Below, piece by piece: positions 60,822 to 64,000 of a stretch of 64,000 nt of DNA; position 1 is the stretch's first letter; each line of letters begins with the position of its first letter. The notes below the pieces were generated by a model. The model saw only the letters and a list, made by a program, of their open reading frames with translations. It was not told the DNA's origin and did not search any database. Made by a program: the position numbers and the translations under genes. The DNA comes from Selaginella moellendorffii (taxonomy: Eukaryota; Plantae; Lycopodiophyta): contig NW_003314319.1 in the NCBI RefSeq assembly GCF_000143415.4, forward strand, positions 320,115-384,114, in the 5' to 3' direction.

Positions 60822-62938
60822 TTGCCAGATCGCCTGGAGCCGGAAGAGCTCATCCATCTCCTCCTCACCTGCACATCCCTGCGATTGGTCGATGGTGGTA
60901 GGAAGCTCCACGCCCATATCTCCCGTCTGGGCCGCCTTGAAAGGGATGGGCGTCTCGCGAATCACCTCATCGACATGTATGGCAAGTGCGGGCATTTGGA
61001 CGATGCCAAGGCTGTGTTCCAAAGCCTTGACGCGAGTAAGAGGAGCTCTCTCTCGTGGAGCGCGCTCATCACGGCTCACGGCTCATGTGGATCAATCGGA
61101 GGGGCTGTTGGCCTGCTGAACGAGATGGAGGAGCAGGGAATTCTCCCGGATCAAACCGCCCTCTTGCCAGCGCTCAATCTTTGCCCCACACACGGCGCTC
61201 TCGCAGGGGGCATTGTGGTACACAAAATAATAGCGGATCGTGGGCTGGAGAAGAATGTGATAATCTCAAATGAGATTATCAACATGTATGGAAAATGCAG
61301 CCAAATCGACCAAGCCAGAGCTTTCTTAGATAGAATGTATTTCCGAAACACAGGGTCTTGGAACGCCATTGTTTCAGCATATGCCCAAAATGGGCATCAG
61401 TCGGATGCAGTGAAAATGCTCTTTGTCATGCAGCTCGAGGGCGTCAAGATTGGAAAAATCGGATTCGTTACACTCCTCAAGGCTTGCTGCGGCCCAATGT
61501 TCCTGAAGACCGGCAGACTCATTCACTCTTGTCTTCCGGAGGATGTTCTCCATGAGACGGACGTCACAGCCGGAACGAGCCTTGTTCATATGTATGCAAA
61601 GTGTGGCAGCCTTGCGGAAGCGCGAGAGATTTTTGAGCGGATGAGCTGCAAGAACAAGTTTGCATGGTCTGCCATGATCAGCGCTTACGTAGAACACGAG
61701 GAAACGAGGTCTTCCCTCGAGTGTTTTTGTCTGATGCTGCTCAATGGTGTCGAGCCAGATGAGCTTTCGTGGCGGTTTTAGAGGCTTGCGGCGTCCTCAA
61801 GGCTGGATGTTTTGTCCACGGTTTGATCGAAGAGTGTGGCTTCCAGAGCGTCCCATTTGTAGGAAACACGCTGATAACCATGTATTCCCGGGAGGTGTGG
61901 CAGCGCATTTGAATCGAGGAGAGTTTTCCAGAGCATGGATTGTCCAGACGCAGTCGCCTGGTCGTCGATCATTGCAGCTCTCGCGGAGCAAGGCAATGGA
62001 AAAGGACTGCAGGGGATGGTGTTTCTTTGGCGCATGCAGCTAGAGAGCGTGAGGCCGAACAACGTAACTCTCCTGGCGGCGCTCAATGCGTGCTCGTCCC
62101 CGGCGTTTCTGCGCGGGGGCCGACAGATTCACCGTGGAGTCCGGCTATGACTCCTCTAACAAGATCGTGGGGAACGCGCTCGTCAACATGTTTGCAAAGT
62201 GTGGGAGCTTGCTTGATGCACGAGAAGCCTTCGCCAAGATCTCTCACAAGGATGCGACGTCGTGGAAAGCCTTGATCACGATCTACGTACAGTACCAGCA
62301 TGGAAAAATCGTACTCGATTCACACATGCAGTTAGAAGGATTCCGGATGAACAACCACACTTCCGTAAACGCTATCATTGCCTGCACGGAGATCTCCTCC
62401 TTGAAAGATGGCAAGCGAGTCCACGGCTGGATTTGCGAGAGGGGAGTGGAGCTGGACGTTCTACTCGGCAACGCAGTGCTCAATCTCTACAGCAAATACG
62501 GGAGCCTGGACGCTGTTCTTCCAGCTGCGAAGAGAAGACGTGATAACCTGGAGTGCAATGGTGGGAGCCTACGATCGCCACGGCCACGCGGTGCGAGCTC
62601 TCACGCTCTTCCGAGTGATGCAAATGGGATCCGACACCATGCCAAACTCCATCAACTTCGTCAGCGTCCTCTCGGCGTGTAGCCACGCCGGGCTCTAGGA
62701 CGCTCACTGCAGCTTTGTGTCGATGAGGAGCAACTATGGGATCGCCCCCGCTGCGAAGTACTACGTGTGCATGGTCGATCTTCTAGGGCGAGCCGGGAAG
62801 TTTGAGGAGATGGTACGTTTCGTGGTAAGCTCTCCAGTGGAGGGCGATGCTGTGGTGTGGAGGGCCGTGCTGGCGGCTTGCAGAAGCCTCGGCAAGTTGA
62901 GATTGGGAACCGAGCTGTTAAGCGGACTCGTGATTTAG
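60822..62938 (+). pseudogene. PLS-class PPR pseudogene, second copy
   Basis: Fragments identical to 44885-47001. Confidence 0.9.
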
Positions 62939-64000
62939 AAAACAAGCGGAAAAGAGAAGATAAGCGAAGCAATCCTGACATACCCGGTATGAGAACGCCT
63001 GAGTTCCAACGTACGTAGAAGAGTTCCTCTTCTTCTTTTGCACGAGCATCCAGGTCTCTCTTGAATTTAGTGCTATGGGGCCGTAAGTTTGCTGGATCTG
63101 CAAACAGCGTCAAGTCAGCGTGATCTTTCAACACAGTGCAACAAGACGAAACAAGTCATATCGTCTTCTATTTCAATACCAGGATGTCCTTGAGACTTGT
63201 CAGTTGACTGATCGCTGGGTCCGGTCCTTCTGCATCCATGCACCCTGGACGCTCTTTTAAGAAGAACAAAGGAAGCAAGCTGGAAGCATTCACCAGAATT
63301 GCGGCATCGATTCCAGCTTCACTGAAAAGTGCTGTCTCTTTTCTTGCTTGATGGTCACCCATAGTTGCACCAGCACAGCAAGCTCCATGAGCAGCAAAGA
63401 TCCTACAATCAGACGAATCCTGAGGAGCTTTACACTCAAGTCCACGAGAAATGCAGATAATTGAAGCACATACCAGTAGAGTGAGCTCGTGGGAGACAAG
63501 ACCAGCCTTATTTTGTTGCCCGCATGAAGCGCAGATCTTGAAACGGTGACCCTTTGGGCAGGACACGAAGGCACCCAGCATTGGACACAGCACAGCCGCT
63601 TCCAGCAGCACGAAGCCAAATGCAGCTACCTGGATCCGCCATATTCGAGATTTACAAGTCTGCTCGTTAAGCCCTAGGGATGGCAGGCTTCTCGTTCTCA
63701 TTCGGATATTCGTTCCGGAGAGCCGGCTGCTGGTCTCGGCCTTGCCAGAACTAAAAGAGATACAGTTTATTTGAAAAGCCGAATGCAGCAGCGTCTGGGC
63801 TGAGGTTCGATTTCATCCAATTGTTTGCATATGTTTGTAACTTGACTTTCGATTTTCTCCAGGATCAAGACGCCTGAGAGTCGCTTGGCATCTCTATGTT
63901 CGCAGCAATTTCGAACCGGTTCGTGGGGCAAAGGCCAAGAAAGGCGTTCTCGAGCCAGCCGGATCCACAGAGCTGTGACAGCTAGTGCTGAACAAAGGAA

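Larger units (their letters stand above)
54838..64000 (-). repeat. Right arm of the inverted duplication (A' 54838-60383 contiguous with B' 60383-64000+)
   Basis: Reverse complement of 36075-41713 and 43823-47461. Confidence 0.97.

Overview
Plant nuclear DNA, most likely a lycophyte (Selaginella-like). This is inferred from the ~45-60 nt GT-AG introns, very tight gene spacing and short-repeat PPR genes. (1) 1-11 kb is gene-dense: the 5'-truncated DNA polymerase alpha catalytic subunit (~30 introns), then four tightly packed minus-strand genes (intronless PPR, spliced chromodomain protein, Ser-rich CxCSPTTH-motif protein, small membrane protein). (2) 13-35 kb is a nest of Ty3/gypsy LTR retrotransposons. 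It includes a TSD-flanked element (22239-26117) that lacks RT, has mismatched LTRs and sits inside an older copy of its own family's LTR, and a TSD-flanked non-coding LARD-like element (26754-33030). (3) 36-64 kb is a large inverted segmental duplication of a BSP/PR-17, nodulin-like MFS, 2OGD, LRR-fragment and PPR-pseudogene block around a retroelement-rich spacer. The left copy is a circular permutation of the right copy, opened at one nucleotide inside the BSP gene, which is the pattern expected from re-integration of a circular DNA intermediate. No rRNA, tRNA or CRISPR was seen. All coordinates were read by eye, and boundaries of degenerate elements are approximate.
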